From an uncultured Actinomycetota bacterium (lineage in GTDB: Bacteria; Actinomycetota; Actinomycetes; DATJPE01), in contig CAVTPM010000005.1 of the NCBI GenBank assembly GCA_963736655.1, forward strand, positions 517,295 to 581,294: DNA of 64,000 bases, written 5' to 3'. Below, one piece after another: positions 10,818 to 21,400 of this stretch. A program made the position numbers and the translations under genes. Below the pieces are notes generated by a model, which was not told the origin of the DNA, made no database searches, and worked only from the letters and a program-made list of their open reading frames with translations. The stretch's first letter is position 1. Each line of letters starts with the position of its first letter.

Positions 10818-11186
10818 ATGTCCTACGAGACCCCGCCAACTCCGCCATCGGACGGCGCCCAGCCGCCCGTCCCGCCGCCGGGGGGGTATGGCCAGCCCCC
10901 CGGGTACCCGCCACCGGGGGGCTACGCCGCGCCCGGCCCGATGCCCGACAACTACCTGGTCTGGGCCATCCTCACCACGATCTTCTGCTGCCTCCCGCTC
11001 GGCATCGTGAGCATCGTCTTCGCCTCCCAGGTGAGCTCGAAGTACGCGGCCGGCGACTACGCGGGTGCCCTGGACGCGTCCGAGAACGCCAAGAAGTGGG
11101 CGATCTGGTCGGCGGTGTCGTACGTCGTCCTCGGCGTCGCGTCCTTGCTGTTCTTCGTCGTCGTGCTGGCCATCGGATCGTCATGA
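10818..11186 (+). CDS. CD225/dispanin-family small membrane protein with Pro-rich tail
   Basis: 122 aa with SD GGAGAGGGA upstream. The tail is PPVPPPGGYGQPPGYPPPGGYAAPGP. The core NYLVWAILTTIFCCLPLGIVSIVFASQV is the CD225 signature. Confidence 0.8.
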   Translation: MSYETPPTPPSDGAQPPVPPPGGYGQPPGYPPPGGYAAPGPMPDNYLVWAILTTIFCCLPLGIVSIVFASQVSSKYAAGDYAGALDASENAKKWAIWSAVSYVVLGVASLLFFVVVLAIGSS

Positions 11187-11632
11187 CGGCCACGGACGTC
11201 GCGCGCCCTCCGGTCGAACCCGAGGTGGTGCCGGGTCGGCGGGTCACCGGCCCGCTGGCTGTTGCCGGGGCAGCGGTCGCTCTCGCGGCCCTGCTCGCCG
11301 TCGTCGACCCCGGACAGCCCGGTCACTACCCGCTCTGCCCGTTCCGCGCCGTCACCGGGCTGGACTGCCCGGGGTGCGGGACCCTGCGCGCGGTTCATGA
11401 GCTGGCCACCGGTCACCCGCTCGCCGCACTCGACCAGAACGCCCTGGCCGTCCTGTTCCTGCCGGTTCTCCTCCTGGCGTGGGTCGGCTGGCTGCGCCGG
11501 TCGTGGCGAGGTGCGGCGCGCCCGGCGCCGCACCCCCCATTCGTGCCCGTCGCGGTCCTGGTCGTCGTCCTCCTCTGGTGGGTCGTCCGGAACCTCCCAG
11601 GAGTGCCGTTCCTCGGCTCGGGCCTGGGCTGA
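11183..11632 (+). CDS. DUF2752-like membrane protein (second paralogue)
   Basis: ATG 11183 overlaps the CD225 stop (ATGA). It carries [31 protein letters not shown] plus TM helices. Confidence 0.75.
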   Translation: MTATDVARPPVEPEVVPGRRVTGPLAVAGAAVALAALLAVVDPGQPGHYPLCPFRAVTGLDCPGCGTLRAVHELATGHPLAALDQNALAVLFLPVLLLAWVGWLRRSWRGAARPAPHPPFVPVAVLVVVLLWWVVRNLPGVPFLGSGLG

Positions 11633-11708
11633 CGCCCTCGGTCGGGGTGCTACGAGCATCCGACTACCCTGGGTCCACCCCAGGGGCTCAGGCGAGGAGG
11701 CCGATTCC

Positions 11709-12527
11709 ATGACCGTGCTCGACGACATCCTGGTCGGCGTGCGCGCGGACCTCGCCGCCCGGCAGGAGGCGACCCCGCTCGATGGCGTGAAGGAACGGGC
11801 CAACGCCCGCAGCCACCCGCCTCTCGACGGGGCTGCGGTGCTTCGCGGTGACGGCGTCGCCGTCATCGCCGAGGTCAAGCGCTCCAGCCCGAGCAAGGGC
11901 GCGCTCGCGGCCATCGCCGACCCGGCAGCCCTGGCCGCCGACTACGAGGCCGGAGGAGCTGCCGTGATCAGCGTCCTCACCGAGGGTCGCCGCTTCGGCG
12001 GGAGCCTCGACGACCTGGCCGCGGTTCGAGCAGCGGTCGACATCCCGGTGCTGCGCAAGGACTTCATCGTGAGCAGCTACCAGCTGTGGGAGGCCCGTGC
12101 GTGGGGCGCCGACTTGGCGCTCCTCATCGTCGCTGCGTTGGAGCAGTCAGCCCTCGTCAGCCTGGTCGAGCGCGCCGAGTCCCTCGGCCTCACCCCGATC
12201 GTGGAGGTCCACGACAGCGAGGAGGTCGCGCGCGCCGTCGACGCCGGCGCCCGGGTCATCGGGGTCAACGCCCGGAACCTCAAGACCCTCGAGGTCGACC
12301 GTTCGACCTTCGCGCGCGTGCGCCCGAGCATCCCGTCGGGGATCGTCGCGATCGCGGAGTCCGGCGTCCGAGGACCGCACGACGTCATCGACTACGCGCG
12401 TGCCGGAGCCGACGCGGTGCTCGTCGGGGAGACCCTCGTGACCGGTGAGGACCCGAAGGTCGCCGTCGCGGATCTCGTGGCTGCGGGGACGCACCCGGCG
12501 CTCAAGCACGTCAAGGGAGAACGTTGA
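11709..12527 (+). CDS. trpC: Indole-3-glycerol phosphate synthase
   Basis: 272 aa from ATG 11709 with SD GAGGAGG. Motifs: [15 protein letters not shown]...[13 protein letters not shown]...ISVLTE...[25 protein letters not shown]. Intact. Confidence 0.95.
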   Translation: MTVLDDILVGVRADLAARQEATPLDGVKERANARSHPPLDGAAVLRGDGVAVIAEVKRSSPSKGALAAIADPAALAADYEAGGAAVISVLTEGRRFGGSLDDLAAVRAAVDIPVLRKDFIVSSYQLWEARAWGADLALLIVAALEQSALVSLVERAESLGLTPIVEVHDSEEVARAVDAGARVIGVNARNLKTLEVDRSTFARVRPSIPSGIVAIAESGVRGPHDVIDYARAGADAVLVGETLVTGEDPKVAVADLVAAGTHPALKHVKGER

Positions 12528-13762
12528 CCACGTCGTCCTTCGCCCCGGACGCCCGGGCCGGCGCGCTGCCCGACGACCACGGGCACTTCGGTCCGTATGG
12601 CGGCCGTTTCGTGCCGGAGGCGCTCGTCGAGGCACTCGATCAGCTGACGGCCGCCTACGACGCGGCCAAGGCCGACCCGCTCTTCGGCGCCGAGCTCGAT
12701 CGGCTGCAGCGCACGTACGTCGGCCGCCCCAGCCCGCTCACCCTGGCCAGCCGCTTCGGCGCCGAGGCGGGCGGCGCGACCGTGCTGCTCAAGCGGGAGG
12801 ACCTCAACCACACCGGCTCCCACAAGATCAACAACGTCCTCGGTCAGGCGCTGCTCACCCAGCGGATGGGCAAGACGCGGGTCATCGCCGAGACCGGTGC
12901 CGGGCAGCACGGGGTCGCTGCCGCAACGGCCTGCGCCCTGCTCGGCCTCGAGTGCGTCGTCTACATGGGGGAGGAGGACACCAGGCGGCAGGCGCTCAAC
13001 GTCGCGCGGATGCGGCTGCTCGGTGCCGAGGTCATCCCCGTCACCACGGGCAGCCGGACCCTGAAGGACGCGATCAACGAGGCGATGCGCGACTGGGTGA
13101 CCCATGTCGACTCCACTCACTACCTGCTGGGCACCGTCGCCGGACCCCACCCGTTCCCGCGCATGGTTCGCGACTTCCATCGCGTGATCGGCGTGGAGGC
13201 GCGCGCCCAGACCCTCGAGCTCCTCGGCCGGCTCCCCGACGCGGTGACCGCCTGCGTCGGGGGGGGTTCCAACGCGATCGGGATCTTCCATCCCTTCCTG
13301 GACGACCCCACGGTCGCGCTGTACGGCTACGAGGCGGCCGGTGACGGGGTGGAGACCGGTCGGCACGCCGCGACCATCACCGGCGGGCGGCCCGGAGTGC
13401 TCCACGGCGCGCGGTCCTACCTGCTGCAGGACGACATGGGTCAGACCATCGAGTCGCACTCGATCTCGGCCGGCCTGGACTACCCCGGGGTGGGTCCCGA
13501 GCACGCATGGCTCGCCGACACCGGGCGCGCGACGTACCGCCCGATCACGGACACCCAGGCCATGGACGCCTTCGCGGTGCTCTGCCGCACCGAGGGGATC
13601 ATTCCGGCCATCGAGAGCGCGCACGCCCTCGCGGGCACGCTCGACCTGGGTCGTGAGCTCGGACCTGAGGCCGTGATCCTCGTCAATCTGTCCGGACGCG
13701 GCGACAAGGACGTCGACACCGCAGCCCGCTGGTTCGGCATCACGACCGGGGAGTCCGTCTGA
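12524..13762 (+). CDS. trpB: Tryptophan synthase beta chain
   Basis: 412 aa, intact. Motifs: [15 protein letters not shown]...[16 protein letters not shown]...GAGQHGVA. The start overlaps the trpC stop. Confidence 0.95.
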   Translation: MTTSSFAPDARAGALPDDHGHFGPYGGRFVPEALVEALDQLTAAYDAAKADPLFGAELDRLQRTYVGRPSPLTLASRFGAEAGGATVLLKREDLNHTGSHKINNVLGQALLTQRMGKTRVIAETGAGQHGVAAATACALLGLECVVYMGEEDTRRQALNVARMRLLGAEVIPVTTGSRTLKDAINEAMRDWVTHVDSTHYLLGTVAGPHPFPRMVRDFHRVIGVEARAQTLELLGRLPDAVTACVGGGSNAIGIFHPFLDDPTVALYGYEAAGDGVETGRHAATITGGRPGVLHGARSYLLQDDMGQTIESHSISAGLDYPGVGPEHAWLADTGRATYRPITDTQAMDAFAVLCRTEGIIPAIESAHALAGTLDLGRELGPEAVILVNLSGRGDKDVDTAARWFGITTGESV

Positions 13763-14562
13763 TGGGCGGGCTCTCCGAGGTCTTCGCCGAGGCCCGCGCC
13801 GAGGGCCGTGCGGCGTTGATCGCCTACCTCCCGGCCGGCTTCCCGACGGTCGAGGGCTGTATCGCCGTGTTGGAGGCCCTCGTCGAGGCCGGCGTCGACA
13901 TCGTCGAGGTGGGGTTCCCCTACAGCGACCCACTCATGGACGGTCCGACCATCCAGGCGGCGGCCGAGCAGTCGCTGGCCCAGGGCACCCGGGCGGCGGA
14001 CGTGCTGCGCACGGTGGAGGCCGTCGCCGCCACCGGAGCGCCCGCCGTGGTCATGACGTACTGGAACCCGGTCGAGCGGTACGGCGTCGACGCCTTCGCG
14101 ACCGACCTGGCCAAGGCCGGCGGGTGCGGCGTCATCACCCCCGACCTGATCCCGGACGAGGCCGACGAGTGGATCCGGGCGACCGGCGCCGCTGGGGTCG
14201 ACACGATCTTCCTCGTGGCACCCTCCTCGACACCCGAGCGGATCGCCCGCGTCGCCGAGGCCACGACCGGGTTCGTCTACGCAGCGTCGACCATGGGCGT
14301 CACCGGGGCCAGAGCCTCGGTGGACGGGGTGGCCGAGGGCCTGGTGGCTCGGGTGCGGCAGGCCACCGGGTCTCCGGTCTGCGTCGGCCTCGGCGTGAGC
14401 ACCCGCGCCCAGGCGGCCGAGGTCGCCGCCTACGCCGACGGGGTGATCGTCGGCTCGGCGTTCGTCCGCCTCCTCCTCGATGCGGAGACCCCGGCGGCGG
14501 GAGTGTCCGCCGCCGCCCGGCTCGCGGCCGAGCTGGCCGAGGGTGTTCGCGGCCGAGCCTGA
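13762..14562 (+). CDS. trpA: Tryptophan synthase alpha chain
   Basis: 266 aa, intact. Motifs: AALIAYLPAGFPT...DIVEVGFPYSDPLMDGPTIQ...YWNP. The start overlaps the trpB stop. Confidence 0.95.
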   Translation: MGGLSEVFAEARAEGRAALIAYLPAGFPTVEGCIAVLEALVEAGVDIVEVGFPYSDPLMDGPTIQAAAEQSLAQGTRAADVLRTVEAVAATGAPAVVMTYWNPVERYGVDAFATDLAKAGGCGVITPDLIPDEADEWIRATGAAGVDTIFLVAPSSTPERIARVAEATTGFVYAASTMGVTGARASVDGVAEGLVARVRQATGSPVCVGLGVSTRAQAAEVAAYADGVIVGSAFVRLLLDAETPAAGVSAAARLAAELAEGVRGRA

Positions 14563-14623
14563 CCGTTTCGTGTGACGTGGTGCACATCGGGAACTTTCCC
14601 TCGGTCCGATCGGTCCTAGGGCC

Positions 14624-15289
14624 GTGTCCATGACCCTGGGGCGACACCCGACGCCCACCCGGCTGGCCCACGCCGCGGCGCTCGGCGGGGTCGCGATGGC
14701 ACTGGCGTTGTCGGCGTGCGGCGCACCCTCCGACCGGTCGGCAGCAGGTTCCGTGGTCGAGATCACCGACGACGGCTATGCAGGCGCGCTCGTCGACCCC
14801 GGGTACCCCGTGCCGCCCGAGACCTTCACGGACACCACCGGTGCGTCCTGGACGTTCTCCGGGTCACCGGCCCGCCCGGTGACGCTGGTCTTCTACGGCT
14901 ACACGTCCTGCCCCGACGTGTGCAGCGCACAGCTGGCCGATCTCGTGGCCGCCCTCCGGCGTCTCGACCCGGGTGCTCGCAGCCGCGTCCGGCTGGTGTG
15001 GATCACCGTCGATCCAGCCCGTGACACCCCGTCGGTGATCCGCGGCTACCTCGACCGCTTCGACCCGACCATCATCGGGTTGACGGCGTCCGAGCGGGTG
15101 ATCGAGGACGCTGCTGCGCAGATGGGGGTCGCCCTGACGGGGCGCACCGAGGTCGGCGACGGGTACGAGATGGGTCACGGGGCGCAGATCATCGGCTTCG
15201 GCCCGGACGGCGTGACCGTGGTCTGGGTGCCGGGCACGCCTGTCGCTGACCTGCGCAGCGACATCGCCCGACTAGCCTCGACGTCATGA
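14624..15289 (+). CDS. SCO1/SenC-family thioredoxin-like lipoprotein (copper chaperone/thiol-disulfide protein)
   Basis: 221 aa with a lipobox-like LALSACG. It carries VTLVFYGYTSCPDVCSAQLADL (CxxxC) and WITVDPARDTP. Confidence 0.8.
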   Translation: MSMTLGRHPTPTRLAHAAALGGVAMALALSACGAPSDRSAAGSVVEITDDGYAGALVDPGYPVPPETFTDTTGASWTFSGSPARPVTLVFYGYTSCPDVCSAQLADLVAALRRLDPGARSRVRLVWITVDPARDTPSVIRGYLDRFDPTIIGLTASERVIEDAAAQMGVALTGRTEVGDGYEMGHGAQIIGFGPDGVTVVWVPGTPVADLRSDIARLASTS

Positions 15290-15954
15290 GCACGACGAGC
15301 GCCCCTGCGGCGGACCTCTCGACGCACGCCCGGTTCCGGGGCGGCCGCGCGCAGCGGTGGCTGTCGTTGGCGGCCCGGCTGGTGCTCGGAGGTGTCCTGA
15401 TCGTCGCTGGCGGCCTGAAGGTCAGCGACCCGAACCAAGCCATCACCGCGGTCACGGCCTACCGGCTGCTCCCGGCGGACGTGGCCACCCTGGTCGGCTA
15501 CGGGCTGCCCTTCTTCGAGATCCTGCTCGGCCTCCTGCTCGTGGTGGGCCTGGCCACCCGAGCGTCAGCCGCGACCGCCGGTGCCCTGATGGTCGTCTTC
15601 ATCGGAGGCGTCGCGTCGGCCTGGGCACGGGGGTTGTCCATCGACTGCGGCTGCTTCGGCGGTGGTGGCCAGACGGCTGACCCGCAATACCTTCCGGAGA
15701 TCCTCCGGGACCTGTTGTTCCTCGGCCTCGCCGTCTGGCTGGTGGCCTACCCGTCCAGCCGGTGGGCCCTCGACCACTCGGGACTGTGGGGGAGCAGCGA
15801 CCACGGGCTCGTCGATGACCTGATCGACGACGAGGACGACGAGGACGAACCACACGAGGACGCTGGCGCTCCTGCTCATCACGGAGACGTCCGGCCCAGC
15901 ACGACCGCAACCGCCACCACGCCCATCAACGACCACGGAGCCGACCCATCATGA
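15286..15954 (+). CDS. MauE/DoxX-family redox-associated membrane protein with acidic C-terminal tail
   Basis: 222 aa with an ATGA overlap to the SCO gene. Four TM helices, motif SIDCGCFGGGG, and a DDLIDDEDDEDEPHED tail. Confidence 0.75.
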   Translation: MSTTSAPAADLSTHARFRGGRAQRWLSLAARLVLGGVLIVAGGLKVSDPNQAITAVTAYRLLPADVATLVGYGLPFFEILLGLLLVVGLATRASAATAGALMVVFIGGVASAWARGLSIDCGCFGGGGQTADPQYLPEILRDLLFLGLAVWLVAYPSSRWALDHSGLWGSSDHGLVDDLIDDEDDEDEPHEDAGAPAHHGDVRPSTTATATTPINDHGADPS

Positions 15955-16713
15955 GCACGCCCAAGGAGACCAAGAACGCCCGCAGGGAACGCCTCGCGGC
16001 CGAGCGCGCCGCCGCGGCCGTCGCCGACCAGCGCCGCCGTCGCATCTTCACCGCGTTGGGCGTCCTCGTGGTCGCCTTGGTCGTCGTCGGTACCGGGATC
16101 GCCGTGCAGGCCAGCCGCAACGACACGTCGCAGGCCGCACTTCCCGCCACGGTGACCGAGCCTGGGGGTCCGATCGTCCGCAATCCCGACACGACCTCGG
16201 TGCCGATCCTGGACTACTGGGAGGACTTCCAGTGCCCGGCGTGCAAGGACATGGAGGTCGCCACCGGCGACGCCATCCGCACCATGGTCGCGGCCGGCGA
16301 CGTCCTGGTCCGCTACCACATGCTCTCCTTCCTCGACGGCCGGCTGGGCAACAACTCCTCCAAGGAGGCGGCCAACGCCTTCGCGTGCTCGGCAGACGCC
16401 GGCAAGCAGGGCGAGTACCACGACACGGTCTACGCCAACCAGCCGGCGACCGAAGGTGACGGCTACACGCAGGAGCAGCTGCTCCTCTTCGGGACCGAGG
16501 TCGGGATCACCGGCGACGCCTTCTCCACGTTCTCGTCCTGCGTGACCGATCTGACCTATCGCGACTACGTGACCTCGGTTCAGACCGCCGGTTCCACCCA
16601 GGCGATCGTCAGCACGCCGACCGTGTTCCTCGACGGCACCGTCGCTGGACCCGAAGGTCTCCTTCGACCCGGTGGCCCTCACCAAGGCCGTCAACGACGC
16701 CGCCGCCGGCTGA
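15951..16713 (+). CDS. DsbA-family thioredoxin-domain protein, membrane-anchored; frame disrupted near the 3' end
   Basis: ATGA overlap with the previous gene, a TM anchor, and active site FQCPACKDME. The family-like end DPKVSFDPVALTKAVNDAAAG* (stop 16711-16713) is in another frame. The change is near 16640-16645. Confidence 0.75.
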
Positions 16714-16714
16714 C

Positions 16715-17629
16715 GTGATCGTCGCCCGGTTGACCGGTTCGACCTGGCCGACGTCGATCCCCAGCCCCGACCAAGGGGTCTGGCACCTCGGCCCCTTTCC
16801 GCTGCGCGCGTACGCGCTGTGCATCATCCTGGGGATCTTCGTGGCCGTCTGGGTCACGGACCGACGGTGGCAGGCTCGTGGAGGCTCCGCCGGCACCGTG
16901 GGCGACATCGCGATCTGGGCGGTGCCGTTCGGGATCATCGGCGGCCGCATCTACCACGTGATCACCAGTCCCCAGGCGTACTTCGGCGCCGGGGGCGATC
17001 CCGTCGACGCCCTGCGGATCTGGAACGGGGGCCTCGGCATCTGGGGCGCGGTCGCGTTCGGGGCGCTCGGCGCCTGGATCGCGTGCCGGCGCCGGGGGAT
17101 CGCGCTCCCGCCGTTCGGTGACGCGGTGGCGCCCGGCCTCGCCCTCGCACAGGCGATCGGGCGATGGGGCAACTGGTTCAACCAGGAGCTCTTCGGTCGT
17201 CCGACCGACCTGCCCTGGGGGCTCGAGATCGACCCCGCGTTCCGCCCCGTGGGCTACGCCGACGCGAGCACCTTCCACCCGACGTTCCTCTACGAGTCAC
17301 TCTGGTTGCTGGTCATGGCCGGGATCCTGGTGTGGGCCGACCGCCGGTTCACCATGGGCCACGGCCGGGTCTTCGCGTTGTACGTGCTGCTCTACACCGC
17401 CGGTCGCGGCGTGATCGAGACCGTGCGCATCGATGAGGCGAACACGATTCTCGGGCTCCGCGTCAACCTCTGGGTGAGCGGGCTGGTGTTCGTCGCCGCC
17501 GCCCTCTACCTGGTCGTCTCCGCCCGGCTGCGACCCGGGCGCGAGTCCGAGATCGAGCCCGCCCCTCCGGCCCCGACCCCGGTGGAGGAGACTCGGTCCG
17601 ACGCCGAGATCGAGGAGCCATCGTCGTGA
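16715..17629 (+). CDS. lgt: Prolipoprotein diacylglyceryl transferase
   Basis: 304 aa: GPFPLRAYALCIILGI...GGRIYHV...RIWNGGLGIWGAV...GRWGNWFNQELFGRPT. It sits after trpA as in other actinobacteria. Confidence 0.9.
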   Translation: MIVARLTGSTWPTSIPSPDQGVWHLGPFPLRAYALCIILGIFVAVWVTDRRWQARGGSAGTVGDIAIWAVPFGIIGGRIYHVITSPQAYFGAGGDPVDALRIWNGGLGIWGAVAFGALGAWIACRRRGIALPPFGDAVAPGLALAQAIGRWGNWFNQELFGRPTDLPWGLEIDPAFRPVGYADASTFHPTFLYESLWLLVMAGILVWADRRFTMGHGRVFALYVLLYTAGRGVIETVRIDEANTILGLRVNLWVSGLVFVAAALYLVVSARLRPGRESEIEPAPPAPTPVEETRSDAEIEEPSS

Positions 17630-18330
17630 GCGAGCAGAAGGCTGAGATCCACCACTCCCACCAGGACGTCAGCGGGGGCTGGCTGCGCGCCGCGGTCTTC
17701 GGGGCCATGGACGGGCTGGTCTCGAACCTTGCGCTGATCTCCGGCATGGCCGGTGGGGCGGCCTCGGCCTCGACCGTGGCCCTGGCGGGGGTGGCGGGTC
17801 TGGCCGCCGGATCGTTCTCGATGGCGGCCGGTGAGTACGTCTCCGTGCGGTCGCAGAACGAGCTCGCCGAGCGGGAGATCCACGTGGAGCGGCTCGAGAT
17901 CGAGCGCCGTCCGGAGGACGAGCTGGCCGAGCTGGCTCAGACCTACGTCGACCGTGGCGTCGACCCGGGCCTGGCCGAGCAGGTCGCCCGGCAGATCTCG
18001 GCGGACCCGGAGCGGGCGGTGCAGACGCACGTGATGCTCGAGCTCGGCGTCGACCCCCAGCAGCTCGCCTCGCCGTACGTCGCGGCCGGCTCGTCCTTCG
18101 TCGCCTTCTGCGTGGGGGCCTTCATCCCGCTGCTGCCGTACCTCCTGGGCGCGACCACCTTGCTCCCGGCCGTCGTCTTGGCGTCGATCGGGCTGTTCGG
18201 CGCGGGTGCGCTCGTGTCGCGCGTCACGCCCCGCACCTGGTGGTACTCGGGTCTTCGTCAGCTCGTCTTCGGCCTCGGCGCTGCCGGGCTCACCTACGCC
18301 GTCGGCAGCGTCGTCGGCGTGGCCGTCTGA
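17626..18330 (+). CDS. VIT1/CCC1-family (iron/manganese) transporter
   Basis: 234 aa: GGWLRAAVFGAMDGLVSNLALISGMAGG..., a central acidic helix region, and C-terminal TM helices. Confidence 0.8.
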   Translation: MSEQKAEIHHSHQDVSGGWLRAAVFGAMDGLVSNLALISGMAGGAASASTVALAGVAGLAAGSFSMAAGEYVSVRSQNELAEREIHVERLEIERRPEDELAELAQTYVDRGVDPGLAEQVARQISADPERAVQTHVMLELGVDPQQLASPYVAAGSSFVAFCVGAFIPLLPYLLGATTLLPAVVLASIGLFGAGALVSRVTPRTWWYSGLRQLVFGLGAAGLTYAVGSVVGVAV

Positions 18331-18442
18331 GCGACTCCGTCGGGTGGGCTCTGTTAGCCTTCGGACCCCAGGGCCAACGTCGTCCCTGACCTGACCGGGC
18401 CGTCGTGGCCCGACACCGAGCCGGACGACGAGGAGCACTGCG

Positions 18443-21400
18443 ATGCCCTGGGCCCTTCCCTCGGTGCAGCCGACTCCGCGTGGGCTGTACGACGCCCGAA
18501 ACGAGCACGACGCGTGCGGTGTCGCCTTCGTCGCCACGCTGACCGGAACCCCGAGTCACACCATCGTCGACCAGGCGCTCACAGCCCTGCGCAACCTCGA
18601 GCACCGCGGTGCCTCGGGCGCGGAGCCCGACAGCGGGGACGGGGCCGGCCTGCTCGTCCAGGTGCCGGACGCCTTCTTGCGCGAGGTCACCGACTTCGAG
18701 CTGCCCGGAGCAGGCTCCTACGCGGTCGGCACCGTCTTCTTGCCGGTCGACGAGGTCGATGCGGCGGTCGCGGGCATCGAGGCCCTGGCCGAAGAAGAGG
18801 GCTTGGTCGTGCTCGGCTGGCGGGAGGTGCCCACCGACCCCCGCCTGATCGGCAGCACGGCCCGCGCCGTGATGCCGGTGTTCCGGCAGCTGTTCGTCAG
18901 CACGTCGGGCGGACGGGCGGTCGGCATGGCGCTCGAGCGACGCGCGTTCCGGTTGCGCAAGCGGGCAGAACACTCCTTGGGGGTCTACTTCGCGTCCCTG
19001 TCGTCACGCACGCTGGTCTACAAGGGGATGCTCACGACCGGCCAGCTGGAGCCCTTCTTCCCGGACTTGTCCGACTCCCGGTTCGCCAGCGCCCTGGCCC
19101 TGGTGCACTCCCGGTTCTCGACGAACACCTTCCCGTCGTGGCCGCTGGCGCACCCCTACAGGTTCGTCGCCCACAACGGCGAGATCAACACGGTCCGGGG
19201 CAACCGCAACTGGATGCGCGCACGGGAGTCGCAGCTCGCCAGCGACCTGATCCCCGGTGACCTCGCCGACCTCTACCCGATCTGCACACCGGAGCACAGC
19301 GACTCGGCGTCCTTCGACGAGGCGCTCGAGCTCCTTCACCTCGGTGGCCGCTCGCTCCCGCACGCCGTGCTGATGATGATCCCTGAGGCGTGGGAGAACC
19401 ACCCGGCGATGGACCCGGCGCGCCGTGCGTTCTACCAGTTCCACGCCACGCTGATGGAGCCGTGGGACGGACCTGCGTGCGTGACGTTCACCGACGGCTC
19501 AGTCATCGGCGCGGTGCTGGACCGCAACGGGCTCCGCCCCGGCCGATTCTGGGTGACCGACGACGGACTCGTGGTGCTGGCCTCCGAGGTCGGGGTCCTC
19601 GACCTCGACCCGGCCAAGGTCGTGCGCAAGGGCCGCCTGCAGCCCGGGCGGATGTTCCTCGTCGACACCGAGGAGGGCCGCATCGTCGAGGACGACGAGA
19701 TCAAGGCCGAGCTCGCGGCCGAGCAGCCGTACGACAGCTGGCTGCACGCGGGGCTCATCCACCTCGAGGACCTCCCCGAGCGCGAGCACATCGTGCACAC
19801 CCACGCCAGCGTCCTGCGTCGGCAGCAGACCTTCGGCTACACCGAGGAGGAGTTGCGGATCCTGCTGACCCCCATGGCGCGCACCGCGGCCGAGCCCATC
19901 GGGTCGATGGGGACCGACACCCCGGTCGCCGTCCTCAGCGACCGTCCTCGGCTGCTCTTCGACTACTTCACCCAGCTCTTCGCCCAGGTCACCAACCCGC
20001 CGCTGGACGCCATCCGGGAAGAGCTCGTCACGTCGCTGGGCACCCTGATCGGCCCCGAGGGCAACATCCTGGCCCCCGGACCCGCGTCGTGCCGCCAGGT
20101 GGTCCTGCCCTTCCCGGTCATCGACAACGACGAGCTGGCCAAGATCCTCCACATCAACGCCGACGGTGACCTCCCGGGGTTCGCCAGTCTGAAGGTGAGC
20201 GGGCTCTACCTCGTCGACGGCGGCGGAGAGGAGCTGGAGCGTCGACTCCAGGAGATCTGCGCCGAGGTGTCCGCAGCCATCGAGGGGGGTGCGCGCTTCC
20301 TCGTGCTCAGCGACCGCGACTCCGATGCGGACTACGCGCCGATCCCCTCGCTGCTGCTGACGTCGGCGGTGCACCACCACCTCACGCGGACCAAGCAGCG
20401 CAGCCACGTCTCCTTGCTGGTGGAGGCGGGCGACGTCCGGGAGGTGCACCACGCGGCGCTGCTCATCGGCTACGGCGCCGCGGCGGTCAACCCCTATCTC
20501 GCGATGGAGAGCGCGGAGGATCTCGCACGCAACGGGGTGCTCGGTGAGGTCGCCCCTGAGCAGGCGATCCGCAACCTCATCAAGGCGCTCGGCAAGGGCG
20601 TCCTCAAGGTGATGTCGAAGATGGGCATCTCCACGGTGGCGTCCTACCGCGGTGCGCAGGTCTTCCAGGCCGTCGGTCTTGCCGAGGAGCTCGTCGACCG
20701 CTGGTTCACCGGGACCAGCTCGGTGCTCGGCGGCATCGGGCTCGACGTGGTCGCGGAGGAGGTCTCGCTCCGGCACGCGACGGCGTACCCGGCGACCGGC
20801 ATCGCCGCCGCGCACCGGCGGCTGGCAGTGGGCGGCGAGTACCAGTGGCGTCGGGAGGGTGAGCCGCACCTGTTCGACCCCGAGACGGTGTTCCGGCTGC
20901 AGCACGCCACCCGCGCCAAGCGGTACGACGTGTTCAAGCAGTACACCTCCCGCGTGAACGACCAGTCCGAGCGGCTCATGACGCTGCGCGGGCTCTTCGC
21001 CTTCCGCACGGACCTGCGCGACCCCGTCCCGCTGGAGGAGGTGGAGCCGGTGGAGTCCATCGTCGCGTCGGTTCTCCACCGGCGCCATGTCGTACGGCTC
21101 GATCAGCCAGGAGGCGCACGAGACCCTCGCCATCGCCATGAACCGGCTGGGAGGGAAGTCCAACACCGGGGAGGGCGGGGAGGACCCGGACCGCTACGTG
21201 CCCCTGCCCAACGGGGACTCGAAACGCTCAGCGGTCAAGCAGGTGGCCAGCGGGCGCTTCGGTGTGACGAGTGAGTACCTCGTCAACGCCGACGACATCC
21301 AGATCAAGATGGCGCAGGGCGCGAAGCCGGGCGAGGGCGGCCAGCTCCCGGCCCACAAGGTCTACCCGTGGGTCGCGCGCACCCGGCACTCGACGCCCGG

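Noticed and set aside
18331-18442. GlnR box (GTnAC-n6-GAAAC) upstream of gltB, in tGTTAGccttcgGACCC.
   Set aside because: Two to three mismatches fall in the conserved positions and there is only a single half-site pair. This is too weak to call without a matrix scan.
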